A DNA stretch of 64,000 nt from Felis catus (taxonomy: Eukaryota). The notes under the pieces were generated by a model that saw only the letters and a program-made list of their open reading frames with translations, was not told the DNA's origin and made no database searches. Within the stretch, counting starts at the first letter, position 1. Each line of letters starts with the position of its first letter. Position numbers and translations under genes: made by a program. Shown here one piece after another: positions 12,514 through 26,369 of the stretch. Where the stretch lies: positions 35,776,001 through 35,840,000 of the forward strand of contig NC_058368.1 in NCBI RefSeq assembly GCF_018350175.1. Reading direction: 5' to 3'.

Positions 12514-14055
12514 AGGGAGTCACATATTTATTTCAAAATTCCTGTTTCTTTCCATTTGGTTTTAACCTGACATAAACTAAACTTATACTCACAGTTAACA
12601 TTTTAGTAGTTTGGAAACCCTCTGACTAAATATGCACTGTACGTGGCTTTTCCTCATTTTAAGCCTAGCTGCCTCGGTCATGAAATTACCACTTTTCTAA
12701 AATCTTCTTTCATTCTGAAGTTCTTCTTTGAATCTAGGAAGAAAATAAAATAATACTAAAAATAATGTGATAAATATTTGTGAGTAGAATTTCCTACAGG
12801 AGAAAGAAGTAGGTAAGCTGCAGAAAGTGTGAAGGCTCAGCAATTTGTCCTTTCTTCTGAAACAAAGGGAAGAGACAGAATCCTAATTTCAGAAAATGCG
12901 ATCCCTGAGCAGTTCTCAGCTGTAAATTTGCCAGTTACTGCTGGCCTGATTTAGTGCCTTAGGAGACATCATGTATACTTTAAAAAAAAAATTAAACTAT
13001 AAGAATGAAATCACAAAGGCTATCTATTCACATCAATGTTCCACTTGAAAAGGGAAAAAAAAAAAAATCAACTCACAGGTGGTTACCAGGCAGGAGTACT
13101 CCTAGGTTCTAAAAGGATAAATAGGAAAATGATGAAGCACTTTGGGCTTTTCAGGAAAAAGGTACTGCTATTGAACAAATTCAAAGATCTCTCCCCATTG
13201 GGAAAATGTAAAAAATGTTTTCGCTGACAAATAGGGCATTTATTTTTAACATATTTATGTTTTTTTATACATTGGCTTTGTTGCCGCCAATGTAGTGTCT
13301 GATTTACTTTGGGCTACAGGTACAGAAAGTTTAGCAGAAGAATAGGAAGCCCTTTGCCTGGCCTGTGCCAGAGGTTTATCACAGTTTACACACCCGGGGT
13401 AAGCACATTCTAAAGCAGATCCTATCATCCCACATCCTCAGGCAAAACCATGTGCACCAAAGCGTTGCAGAAACAGCCTTCAGAAGTAGAACAGAGCAGT
13501 GGCACAACAATGAAAAACACCGCAAAGACCAGAACCTCTCATGATCTTTGACAAGTGATGGTATATAAAACTGTAACAACTTCAGAGCCAGGGAGGTGCT
13601 GGGGGTTCATGTAAAAGCACCATCCATTTCTCTTTGTCTGCTCCTAGTTGAGCTTCCCCATCAAGAGTGAGTCTAGACCAAGAGGCGATATTAAAAACAA
13701 AAGGTTAGAGATCATCATGGGACATTAATTATGCAAAAGAAGGCAAACTGAATTTAATCAGAAGCAGCAGACTCAGTGCAGGAAGAATTTTCTCTTTTTG
13801 ACAGAAGCAGTTAGGAAAACATTTATGGTAATACCACAGCATCTGCTGATTACAGTCAAAGCTGCAGGACACCAACGCTAAATCACTGAGCCATCCTGAC
13901 AGCTCCTGGGTACTCGAGTCACATCGACCGGCAATTTACAGTGAAATTCATCCAAGTCTAAAAATCAGCCAAGATGTTTAAGCCAGAGAGAAATAACTTC
14001 GTATATATGAGGGATTATGGCTGTAAAGACTTTTGAACTAATACAAATATGTATC

Positions 14056-14094
14056 CTCTCTCTCTCTTCTCTCTCTCTCTCTCTATATATATAT
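14056..14094. repeat. (CT)n(AT)n compound microsatellite
   Basis: Direct reading. Confidence 0.9.
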
Positions 14095-15104
14095 AAAAGG
14101 ATACATGAATTTTCAGATTAATGTGCTTTGTGATTAATCAGATTTTGATATTTATAGGTAGAAAGAATTTTATAAGGTCAAAAATATAGGAAGTAGAGTT
14201 TCAATTCTTGACCCCAAATCAGGGCAAAGTCTGACATTTCTTAGTGCTTTGAAATGATCAAAAGGATTTAGAGAATAATTAATTTGAATATAATTTTTAA
14301 TCAATCAGCTTGATTGCCAAGCAACTATGGGTTAAGTAAAAAGCTTAGAGAAATAATAAACTATGAAGTGATATAACATTAAGGTGATTATTCTATGGGC
14401 CTTCTTTAGAGGACAGGCAGGACAACCAAATGCATTATTACCCATTTGAGAATTGCTGAAATGGTAATTAAAAGAATAATGACATTCTATAGATATTAAT
14501 AACTAAAAATTTCATACTTAGGTGTTTCAGTGGGCTTTCTTGTGGTCAAAAACACATTGGTGTTTAAATTTGAATCTTTGAATGATACGAGAGCCCAGAG
14601 AACAAAAGGCTGTGTTAAAGTCTTCTGAGATTAAAATTCACAAAAGTAAATGTCTCATATTTTATCCAAAATCAACACCAAAGATTTTCTTCCCCCAGTT
14701 GCTTTGGGAGTTCAACTAAATATTATTCATAACATGAGAGATTAAAGGAAGAAGGAAACAAAAACTTTAAAATGACTATTTTTGAAGGAAGCCACTGAAA
14801 ATGGTCACAAGGGATGGCTCTATTGTTGTCTTTTCCTCAGCTAGATAAACTGTCTCAAAATATGTTTGCTACAGTTAATCACTAACACAATATTCATCTG
14901 CAATTTTAAAATCTGAACTTCTTTATTCAATTTATTTTCCCAAACACATTAAAAATGTCTCTAGACTTCTATTCATAGACATAACCTATTGATGGTAAAA
15001 ATGCAACTGGGTAATCAAAACACTGCCAAAAAACTAATAACTGAAAAGGTCAAAAAATAGATCAGTTGAAAACTTCCACTTAACAAATAAGTCAATGTGT
15101 AATT

Positions 15105-15420
15105 GAATAATGAATCAATAAATGTTTATTGAGCACCTATATGTGTAAGCTATAAGAGCTGGATACTACCAAAAAGTCTAAGGCACTCTTGCTGATTGGA
15201 AAAGCACCATCGACAAAAGAAGAGCTTATGTTGGCTCATCTTTAGTGTTATGGGAATGCCAAATGAGATGTGCCCACAGTAAATGCAACAGGATCTCAGA
15301 GGGGTGAAGTCCAAACCAGGATAGTTGACCTGAAGACAGGCTTCACAATGGCAAGCCCCCAGTTGAGCTTTGCAGTAATAGAACTTAAGATACACCTGAA
15401 ACAATGTGCAGGCAACACTA
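15105..15420 (-). mobile_element. L2 LINE 3' fragment
   Basis: tcaataaatgtttattgagcacctatatgtg is the antisense L2 3' terminus. Confidence 0.6.
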
Positions 15421-16529
15421 CCTGAGGGGAAATCTACTAAAAATGCTACAAATGTCCCATCTCATAGATGTTAGGACTTAGAGCAAGTGACACCCATGCT
15501 GATGAACATATGAAGACAGTGAAGAAAACGTATTACGTGGGTCATCTAATCCTAACATTTTTAACATTAAATCGCGTTGGAAATTTCACACAGAACATGT
15601 TTTTGTAATGCGGTTTGACCCAATAACAATTGTTTATATAGAAGGGGTTACATATTTATTATGTACTACTCAATCCTCAGGCACAGAAGGAAAGCAATGA
15701 TTGGGGAAGAGATAAATGTGAATTTCTTGTTACAAAACGTTAAAGATTGTAAAAATTTACCGACTTCGTTCTTTTTGTTCCAGAAAAGTCTCATAGTCTC
15801 AAAGGTCATAAGATTTCTGGGGAAGCTTAAATACAGGACAGAATATAAGGAGGGCTTGACAGCTGAGGTAGGAGGCATTCTGGTCAGAGAGAAAGGGTTG
15901 AACCTCAAGCATTTTGTTTGGAGGTCAGCAGACCCCTGCTGGCCACATTCGGTCCCCTCCCGCACTCCCACAGAAAGAAGGAAGAGCTAGGAAAGTGGCA
16001 ACTGCAGGTGGTATGGTAAAAAACAAACAAACAAATAAAAATGGATTGCACTAAAATAAAAAACAGTCGTCATCAGCCAACAGATGGCTCCTAATAGAGG
16101 ATAAAGTCTGATTAGACAGTTAGCTGGAACATGTATCTATTGCACTAGAATCAACTCTCAGAGAATCTCTCACACAAATCATAAGGAAAACTTTATGCTT
16201 TGTAGGAGAAACCAGAATTCTGAGTAGGGAATAAGAGGACTGCTTATTCTGCAAGTTTGGATGGAGACACTACATGACAGGAGTTAGTTTCTATGTAGAC
16301 TTTGATGGCAGATGTTGGGGAACAAATTGGTTTGAAGGTCCATGTATCAGCAGACTAAAGAAGAAACTGTATCAAGCAGTAAAGATACAATGTATCTAAG
16401 TGGCACTTGAAGCAAGCTAATCACACAAGAGAAAAGGAAGAAATTCAGTCCATATTTATGACCCCTCCAGGATATTTTTGATTCCACCAAAGCTACCACT
16501 CTGTCCAAATAATGTTAAATACAATCAGG

Positions 16530-16990
16530 TTAAAAGAACTAGAAAGTCATCTAATCCCAATGCCATTTTGCCCAAGCAGAAACTAAGGCCTTGAGAGAGC
16601 AACTCATGTCTTCTAGCTGGTCATGGTGGAAGAAAGACAACACGATGGTTATCCAGCTCCCAGACTTTGGGGGTCAGGCCAGTGGAAGTTTAAACTCCAT
16701 GTGTTACTTTATTTTTCACTCCATCAAATGTTCATAATTCAGGTTAATTTCATTTGTGAGCACTTTATACTACGATACGCATTGCATGTGCATACGGCTC
16801 TAAATGTTTCAGTGTGTACTTTACATTCATTATCTTGCTTTTTCTTCAGATAATGGGAGCAGGCAAGAACTACCAAGATGGGGGGAGAGATGTAGAAACT
16901 CAGGCATAGTAAAGTTAAATGATTTCCAAGGCAAGTTAGTCAAAGAGCTTGGCCTATATTAAGCATTCATGCTCTTATCACTAGGTCATG
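16530..16990 (-). mobile_element. Two adjacent MIR/MIR3 fragments
   Basis: gaaactaaggccttgagag and gaaactcaggcatagtaaagttaaatgatttccaagg cores. Confidence 0.5.
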
Positions 16991-17339
16991 TTATGCCTGC
17001 CCATTGGTATAATTTACCCTGGATTGCAGTTTCTAAAGAGAAGAGGAATTGTATTTACTTAATGTAATGAAAACACTGCACATTTGTAACAGTGCTGTTT
17101 TCTGCTATTTTTCATTACAACTGCATTGTGTTTCAGCTACATTATGGGTTAAATAGACTCTTGAGGGCTAGCCTGGGAACCTAACCACCATTTATAACAT
17201 TTATAACATTGTTTCTGTGGGAAATTGCTTGGTGAGTTCCAAAACAAAGGATTTAAAAATTAACTTTGGGAATACCACTGGTTTCAAAGTAGAAGATTGT
17301 CTGTCAGACATTTCATATAATTGGTTACTTAATTCACGC

Positions 17340-17660
17340 ATTGAAGCAACAATAATGGACTGCCTACTATGTACCTACCAGCCATTGTGCTGGGGATGCA
17401 AAGATGAAGGAGGTCTTAGACCTTAAGGCACTCATATCTAGCAGAGAAAAAAGCATATTACTAAAACAAATAAATTGTAAGTAAGTGCTAAAACAGCTAC
17501 GAAATAAAAAAAAAAATGATGAAGGAATATAGAGGACAAAAGAATTAAGCCTGCAAAGCACTGATGTTATAAATCACATTTGTATTGAGTCTTGACAAGT
17601 AAGTCTAAGCCTATCAAATAAAGCAGGGTAGAAGGACATCTTAGGTAGAAGTAGGAGCAG
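17340..17660 (-). mobile_element. L2 LINE 3' fragment
   Basis: gactgcctactatgta...agccattgtgctggggatgcaaagatgaa. Confidence 0.6.
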
Positions 17661-17670
17661 ATACAACATA

Positions 17671-18165
17671 TAGATGGTCCCTGACTTACGATGGTTGGAT
17701 TTAGGATTTTTCAACTATATGATAGTATGGGAGTACTACCCATTCAAATAGTAACTGTACTTTGAATTTTGATTCATTGTCTTCTCCTGGGATAACAATA
17801 TACGGTATGATGCTACGTCATGGTGCTGGGGAGCAGCAGGGAGGGGTAGTTCCCAGCCGGCCACGGTATCATAAGGGTCAACAACCAATACACTTACAAC
17901 CATTCTGTACCCATTCAGCCACTGTTCTTCACTTTCAGGTCAGTATTCGAGAACTTACATGAGATATTCAACAATTTGTTATGAAGTAGGCTTTGCGTTC
18001 AAGAGCTTGGCCCAACTGTAGGCTAATGTAAGTGTTCTGAGCAGGTGTAAGGTAAGGTCTAAGTTTAAGCTATGATGTTCGGTAGGTTAGGTGTATTAAA
18101 TGCATTAGGTGTATAAAATGTGTTAAATCGGGATGTAACTCCATTGTTAAGATGAGGAAGATCTG
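17671..18165 (-). mobile_element. MER47/Tigger5-family Tc1-mariner MITE
   Basis: Imperfect TIRs (tagatggtccctgacttacgatgg / ccattgttaagatgaggaagatctg), TA on both flanks, internal gcccaactgtaggctaatgtaagtgttctgagc and aagctatgatgttcggtaggttaggtgtattaaatgca. Confidence 0.85.
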
Positions 18166-19248
18166 TACTTGGATGTGAAAGGGTCTGGTGGGTATGGGGA
18201 AAAAACGGGCAGGAGTACTGGGGAAGGGGGCTGTGCTGTGAACTGTCAGGTGTTTTTTAGTCATAAAAAACTTAATTGTTGGAGGAAGGACTAATAAAGA
18301 AAGGATCGAAATTAGTGTATAAGTAAAATCGGTTCATATGGGGCACCTTAAATGAGCTCATCTCCTTGGATTTTCCAAAGGAAAGACGATGATTAGATTG
18401 AGGAAATTATACAAACCCCTGCCCTGAATGAACGATTGGAATTTCTGCTTTTCATGTCATTAGTATTGTTTTTGTCTCCTCAGGTTGTATAATCAACCTT
18501 CATCAATCTTTTTGCTGAACTACATCAAATCCAAGATTATAAAGCTTGCCTAGTGACATTTAGTGTTTTAGAAAATATAGTAAAGGAGCAGAACTTAAAA
18601 TCTGGCTTATTTTAACCATTTTTTTTTTTTTACACTTCTGTTAAACTACTATGCTTTATATTTGCAAAGTTATAATCCTTCTGACTTCAAGAAACTGCCT
18701 CACTGGAAATGCCTGCTTCAGAAAAAGTCAGAAAAGTTAATCTGACATGTCAATCTGTGTACAGATCAATTTTCATTAATACGTGTAGAATTAATAAAGT
18801 AAACAAAGGAAATAGAGGAAAGAATGTTTTCAGCTCAAGTACATTTTAAATGTACAAGTAACTTTTATATTCAAGTACATAATCCATTTGCAGGTGGCTG
18901 ACTGAGGGTGTTTAGGACTAAGTAAACTGTATTCCTTTCATGTGTAACAAAAACAAAAGGATACAGTCCATTGATCCTTTGTAAACATTAGTTACAAATA
19001 ATCCTGACCCTTCTGTGTAAAGCTTATGCAATGTACATGTTAGGACTAAAATACCTCATTCAGCCTAAGCCAAGTTAAAAAGGAATTTAAAAAGCCAAGA
19101 AGAGAATTTAGCATGTAGACTACCACAACTGTAGTTGATGGTATTTTTTGTTCTATGCTTTTGATAACTAAAAATAGTATAAATCTTTTTTTTCCCCCAA
19201 TCTTACTTGGTACGGAGTCTTCATAGCTTTGAGAAATTATTGGTTGGT

Positions 19249-19280
<32 letters not shown>

Positions 19281-19899
19281 TTTAAAGGAAATACCAGCTT
19301 TCATAGTTGAATTTTTAGCTATTTTTCTGAATACTGGGGATTTATTTATGAAATTTGGTAGGAAAAAGGATTGAGGTTTAAGACTAGGGGGTCAAGAAGG
19401 AGTGTAGATTTGGAGCCAAAGCAGTCACAATTAGTTTCTAGTTATGTCCCTCCCTTTAGCCATTTGACATCCCCCCAAACCCCCCAGAAGCTTCATATTC
19501 CTGCCTGTGTCTAGAATCCTTGGTATGATTCACAACTATAACTTATTTTCTGAAAGAATGCCGGAGTCCAGCCCTCATTCTATTCTATTTGTGGTTGACA
19601 ATATTGTAGGTATAGAACTTTAGGTTTCCTTTTACTGACAAGGAAACCAAGGCCCAGAGAGGTCAAAAGACATGCCCAAATGACTAGTAAGGGCATACTC
19701 TTTCTATGTAAAACCAACCCCCCCCCCCCATCACTACTCTCCTCTTCTTTGAGGTCTCTAAAAATCAGTCTGTGTACCTCCTATACTGTACCATATAGCC
19801 TTCTCCTTGATTTCATGGTTATCAGGCTGTGTATTGCTCCCTGGGAGTTATTTTGGTCTAATTTACCTGTCAATGTGTGAAATACTGATTATAATAAAG

Positions 19900-20420
19900 T
19901 CTTTCCTCTGACTCCAACTCTTTCTTTAATCATATAGCTTATACTCTATTGGGAGAGGCAGGCATTAAACAAATAATCAAACAAATATGTAATTATAACT
20001 TGTAAGTGCAATGAAGGAAAAGTAAAGGATGCAATTATGAAGTGTAATGGGAAACCTGATTTAAGTTTTGGAGGCAAGGCAGTTAGAGGAAAGCTTTTAT
20101 GAGAAAATAGTATTTGAGATCAGAAAGATACCCCAAGAGTTAGTGAGATAGTTTTAGTGGGAGAACAGCATTCCAGGCAGAAGGAACAGCATGAAGCCCA
20201 TGGGTGGAAGGCTCTTTTGGTTGTAACATAGTGACCAAAGTTAAGAGTGACTAGACTAAGACTGGAAAGGTCTGAAACTTTATTCCAAGAACCATGGGAA
20301 GCCCTTAAAAGATGTTAAGTGGGGGGCGGAGGGGGGAGTGACCTGGCCAGATAGGTGTCTCCCTGATGGTCTTTGTCATAGGTGTCTCCCTAACGGTGTC
20401 TCAGTTTTAAAAGGATATGT
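19900..20420 (-). mobile_element. L2 LINE fragment
   Basis: gaacagcattccaggcagaaggaacagcatg; ttattccaagaaccatgggaagccc. Confidence 0.7.
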
Positions 20421-22278
20421 CATTAGTCTAAAGAATGAAGAGAATCATCAGTGCAAATCCTTCTCTCCTACTTGTAAAAACAATTCAAAGCAAATGCTCT
20501 TTGACAGTCTTTATGTCGTATCACAGCACCGTGTAATACATGGAATGCTAGTATTATAATCCAACAGGAGATCAAATTGCAGTGCAATAGCTTATTTCCC
20601 AAACTTAGAAAAAAGTAACAAAGTTTGTGCAAAATTCATGAAGCATGTGATATCTTCAAAATAGTGAAAACAATATAGTGTTTTCATGGAAACACAAAGG
20701 AGATTGTTACAAAATTATACAACAAATTTGAGTTTCTTACTTGCCAAATCAGAGTCACAATTTATATTGGAAATTATGCTTTCTAATCTGAATTTCAAAT
20801 GATCTTTATAATCCTCATTCTAAAATGCCCAATGTGAATTTTCAAGGAAATAGTTTCCGAAATAAAAGATGAAATGATTTAATATATAACAATCTAAAGT
20901 CATCATAAAGAAGCATCCTTAGTAATAGCCTGAAATGTGGTTTTTGAAACAGGTGATGTAATTTTTGTGACCTTGAATTTTTTGTGTGGTGTTACTTATG
21001 AGCCAAAGCATTTAAAGACTCCACCTGTGATTTGCCTATGGTTACAGAGAAAGCACAGATATGAGATCCTATTAAATACGTTTTTGGCTTTGAATTAGTA
21101 TTATTAACCAATAACCAACCTCAATTATACTAGAAAAATAATTTTTGGAATGGATCCTACCAAGGTAAAACAAAATAGGGGACTCCAAAAAAAAAAAAAA
21201 TCAGAGAATTGTACCTAAACCTGAACCTCCACAGGATACTCAAGATTTCCTGACTACAGAAATCAAGCAGCTCTTCTCAGACCAGGGTTTATGCTGAGAG
21301 TAGATGAGGTTGATACACTTTGATTTTGGTCTAGTTTGCTAGAAATGAAGCTATGCCAGTCTTCATTGCATAATTCTTAAAAATGTAAAACTCTGTCAAA
21401 AAGATAATACACTGCAGGAAACAACCTAAGAAGAAAAGTAACTGAGAACATTATAAAACAGCTAATTTTATAGCTTCTAAAATACTTGTAAAACAACAAC
21501 AACACAATGCTCTTGGGATGCCTATACTTCTGCTTAATAAAGTAAATTAACCTTAACACAGCTTCTTAGTGAATCTAAGACTTTAGGAAATACTTGCTGT
21601 GTTTCTAATTCTTGGGAAAATGTTACTAAAAACAAAAACAGAGTAAAAAATGTTACAGTTCTAGAATGAGAAAAAGTTGTTTAGTCATTTGAAACATCTG
21701 GTACCGAATGCGGATTTCTTAATTATTGAGAGGGACCTGAAATATAAATATTCACAGGTTCAAAAGAGTAATGCCAAATAGGTTATCAAGCAAAAAATAC
21801 GCAACCACCTGGAGAACAAAATCCATCTGTCTGACTGAATTTAGTTGAAAGTAATTTTTTAGACTTGTTAGTAAAACCCTCATGTAAAATTTATTTGATT
21901 GAATAATTTACTAAGAATATTTCCATAAGCATCATAAAGTGTTACAGTTGATAAAAATGAATCCACTAATCATCTAACTTGAAACCACTGCCACAAGCTA
22001 CTAGTGAATACATCTTGTAGGTTACTAGCTAGGTTTCATTGTCCTTGTGGTTTCAACTTGAAAAACAGGATTCCCATATGTATAATATGACCAATCCCAT
22101 AAATGCCTTCTTTTAGGAAAAAATGGGTGACAGCAAATATTCCTGGGTGCCGCTGATATTTACTTGAAGGCAAGCACGCTTGTCTTTTTCTCAGAGATGT
22201 GCACCATGGTACTTTCCTCCTCTTCCCCAATACCAGACCGTGGGTGATGGCTACAGTCAGAACCAGAAAAGCCAGGGT

Positions 22279-22494
22279 GGGGGATGCCTGGGTGGCTCAG
22301 TCGGTTGAGCATCTGATTCTTGACTTTGGCTCAGGTCATGACACGAGGGTTGTGGGATTGAACCCTGTGTTGGGCTTTATGTTGAGTGTGGAGCCAGCTT
22401 AACATTCTCATTCTCATTCGGTCCATGTCTCTCTCTCTAGCCCCCACCCCCACTAACTTGGTCTCCCCCCCACCCATTATCTCTAAAATAAAAT
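22279..22494 (+). mobile_element. Carnivore SINE (older subfamily)
   Basis: SINE head and body; TSD agaaaagcca at 22265 and 22495. Confidence 0.9.
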
Positions 22495-23608
22495 AGAAAA
22501 GCCAAGGGAACACTAATCCTATATTCTCCAGGGATTTACTTTTGCAAGTAAACTGTGTATTTGCAAAGAGCCACTATCCCAATACATCCAGATGATTTCC
22601 CACTTCGAATATTTACAAGTTAAAAGGAGACTGTATTAAATGAGATAATACAATGTATGTAGAGCACCAAGCACAGTACTTAACAAGTAACTCACTGGCT
22701 AAATATTAGTTCCCTTAGGTGACTACTTCCCCCCCTTTTAAGCATCAGAAAATTGTAACCGCAAAGTCTGTAACAAAGAGAGGTTGACTATCGGGTAAAT
22801 CACCTAATAGGTGAACTATCACAATCCAATTGGATTCACAGTTTTGATACTAAAATGTACAGTTACTCCTTCTGAAGACTAAAAGATGTAGTTAAAAAGT
22901 TAGTACTAAATTTTTCCAGAATACAAGTATTCCAACAAAAAGACGTTACGCAGAAGAATAAAATGACCCTTATCTAAAAAAGAATGACAATTCAAGCTGA
23001 ATCAAGCAATTAAAAAGATATGCACTGGTACCCTTTCTTCTAATCTAATAGTATGAAAAGATGTCTTCTAAAATAATTCTTTGTTCCACCACCAAAACCT
23101 CTCAATGTGGTTATCTTTAAAAAGAAAACAAATATCAGAAAGATATACACCCTTGTCTTCTAAATAGAAGAAAACAACAGCTTACTGAATCCTTCCTGAA
23201 AAAGCCTAGAAGGTAAGGATACAGCTACTGTGCTTCGTTCAAAAGAATTTCCATTTTAACTGTACCCAATCCCATTCACTAGTTTCCATTCAGATGAGAT
23301 GGTTTCTGGATCTTACGCTTTTAGGCAGAGATTAGTCAAGATAATCCACTAGAAGTCAAAAATATTATTTAAATTAACAATCACTTTTTAGAAATAGCTC
23401 AACGGATTTCACATCATCTGGACTGACTTTTGAACATTAAACAGCAGATGGTTATTAATGGTACAATATTAGAATGTAGAATTTGGGGCAATCTGAAAAC
23501 ATGTCAGCTGATACGATTAGCATTTGAGAACATGTGGAGTTATTTCTTAGAGACAATGCCATATTCCCTTATGTCACAAACCTGTTACCATGACAGGGAG
23601 GACAAACT

Positions 23609-23625
23609 CCTGCCATCTAGTGCCA
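23609..23625 (-). promoter_or_regulatory. Candidate CTCF motif (reverse), next to an X-box-like palindrome
   Basis: ctgccatctagtgcc reads GGCACTAGATGGCAG on minus; cctgttaccatgacagg at 23581-23597. Confidence 0.4.
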
Positions 23626-25950
23626 CGCATCTCATTACGACAGGTTCATTCATATTTATAATACAATCTGTGATGTCGATGCCATCACTTTAGATCTCAC
23701 TGTTATTTCAAACAAATCCATAACTGAGCAAAAGGCAGGATGTTGACAGGAGTTAATGTGGGTTTTACTCTGTTTACAATTGCTTTCTAATCTACTAAAT
23801 GGCCGTGAAAATTGATGCACTCTTAGGCGTGCTTTTATATACTGGTAAGATAAAGAGCTGCTATGCTGAGTCATCTCCGTAGTGCTAAAGTGAATTTTCT
23901 ACAGCACTTTATATTTTCTCTGTTTGTATATGATGAGGCTCCTGATTTTGTGTAAATCATTAATAAAGAAACCAAAACAAACAAACAAACAAAAAAAAAC
24001 CCAGACTCTCATTGTATCAATTGAGATGTATTTGCCTTTACTTCCTGAAAGAAAGTCAAAGTAAACTTGTAATTCTAGTCACTTGTAAAATAGACTTTTA
24101 ATTCTATTTCACATGAATTAAGGAATCACATGTTCCCAAGGGATGAGTACGATTATCTCTGTTCCAAACCACTGAATCATTTCACTTGACTAACATGTGA
24201 TACGTTGAGGGTTGTATAACCTAACGATAGTTGAAAAAATTTAGACACATCAATATGAAATAATAATAATACCTCCTCAAAGTACTATACATGCTGCCCG
24301 AAAGGTAAGTAAGAAAGTAGAAAGGTTTTTCAAAGAAGGAATTGAGGCCCATGTAGCAGTATCTATAATTATTTTCTCTCTCTCTCTCTCTCCCTCTCTC
24401 TCTGCTCTCCCTCCCTCCCTTCCTCTCTCTGGAAGTGTGTGTACGTGTGAAGGCTCACTAGTCATCACAGCTACCAGGAGACTGTATTGCTTCTCTGGCT
24501 GTGACAGATGTATGATTGTAAACATGTGACAGATCTAAGAATCATTTCTCCCTTTAGTGAATGTGACTCCCATTTGATAATAGGAACAACCTTGAATCTG
24601 AGAACTGAAAGCTGGGTTTTCATGTCTACACAAGCTGTGAATAAAGACTACCTATTGATAAAAGCAAAGAACAACAAGTGTTCATGATGTTTAAAAACAA
24701 CCTTAAATCATCCAACTGATTAACAGCTACTTGTTTATTGTGCTAATGGTTTTATATTTCCATGAAAGGGATTAGAAGTAGTGGATAATTATGCTTTCAT
24801 TCTAACATGTTAATTGTGCTTGTAAACAATGGTTGGTTCTACATAAAATTTTGTTTAGAAGTAAATAATGATCCGGCCTTTTTGAAAAAAAAAACAAAAA
24901 CAAAAAAAAAAAAACAACTAATATCTTCAATTATAGCAGTCAAAGAAAGGAGAACTCTGTTATGTATTGATAAGAATTAAACGCTCAGGAAAGTCCAATA
25001 AAATATATAAGCCCAAATGTTCATAATCCAAAGAATGCCTCTTTTATAGCTATTGAAATAGCTATAAATACCTTTTCAAAGATCTGTCTTCTTGCTTTTT
25101 ATATTTATCAATACATTTCACGCTCTTTTTATTTCTCCCAATGACAAGTTATTGCACTGACATTTATAAAGTGCATCGTTAAGAAAATTAAATAATTGGT
25201 TGTCTGATTACAATTTCACTCTGAGCTTAATATGGGGTTTTAAAGTCTTTTCCTGTCTGCTACCCCTGATTCCCTGTGGTAAATGCTCTTCTCAAGGACT
25301 TAAAATAACTTAAAACGTCTTTCTAGTGAAGAAACACAAGACGATTTTACTGCCTCAAAACAACTAATAAAAGGGGGAAAAATAAAAGTAGTAACAAGAA
25401 GCCGTCTATGACAACCTGCTACATGTGGAAGTCAGAACTTTAGAACATAGCAGTGGCTAAAGCAACTTGGTTACGAAAATAATTTTAATGAAACGAAAAA
25501 TAACAAAGCACCAGTGAATATTCGTCTCATCCATTTTTTTAAAAATCTCTGTTGTACAAACATTATGGAGCAAATGTGCAAAAAAACAGTGTTGTTAACT
25601 TACTGCATGAGAAAGTGTTGCAATTGTGTATCTTGACAAATGGAGTAACGCAATAAGCCATATTCCTGCTTTCTTAAAAAACAGAAAGTAAGCAGTATTC
25701 TTATTTCCTGAAATCAGCTTGAAGTAATTTATTTCCTATGAACAACACAAGTACTACATGGCAAGGATTAATAGGCCTTAGAGAACTTAGATGGCATAGT
25801 GTTACAGTCTCCAACAGCCGCTTGCAAATGTTCGCTGAGGGAAAATGAAAAAAATGATTCCTAAGCTAAATTTATACAAATTTAAATTAACATTGCGTTC
25901 TCTTTTTTTGGGGGGGGGTGTTAAAATATTCTTATTAAAAGTGATACATA

Positions 25951-26166
25951 GGGGGCACCTGGGTGGCTCAGTCGGTTAACTGTCCTACTTCAGGTCAGGT
26001 TGTGATCTCACAGTTCATGAGTTTGAGCTCCACATCAGGCTCACAGCTATCGGCCCAGAACCTGCTTCGGATCCTCTGTCCCCCTCTCTCTCTGCCCCTC
26101 CCCTGCTCATTCTCTCTCTCCTCTCTCTCAATAAGTAAATAAACCTAAAAAAAATTAAAAAATAAT
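25951..26166 (+). mobile_element. Carnivore SINE (SINEC_Fc-like)
   Basis: Full SINE; TSD aaaagtga(t/a)acata. Confidence 0.95.
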
Positions 26167-26180
26167 AAAAGTGAAACATA

Positions 26181-26284
26181 GGGGCACCTGGCTGGCTCAG
26201 TTAGTAAAGCATGAGATTCTTAATCTCAAGGTCGTGAGCCCAAGCCCCACGTTGGGTATAGAGGTTACTTAAAATCTTTTTTTG
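26181..26284 (+). mobile_element. Short older carnivore SINE lacking the (CT)n segment
   Basis: ggggcacctggctggctcag...gggtatagaggttacttaaaatcttt; same TSD as neighbour. Confidence 0.9.
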
Positions 26285-26369
26285 AAAGTGAAATATAGAT
26301 ATAAATACATATTTTTCTAGTTAAAAAATGAGAAAAATAGGTGATTGCAAAGCATGCCTTTTATATGCA

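Noticed and set aside
24295..24312. Strong plus-strand donor AAG|gtaagt
   Set aside because: No convincing upstream acceptor or reading frame.
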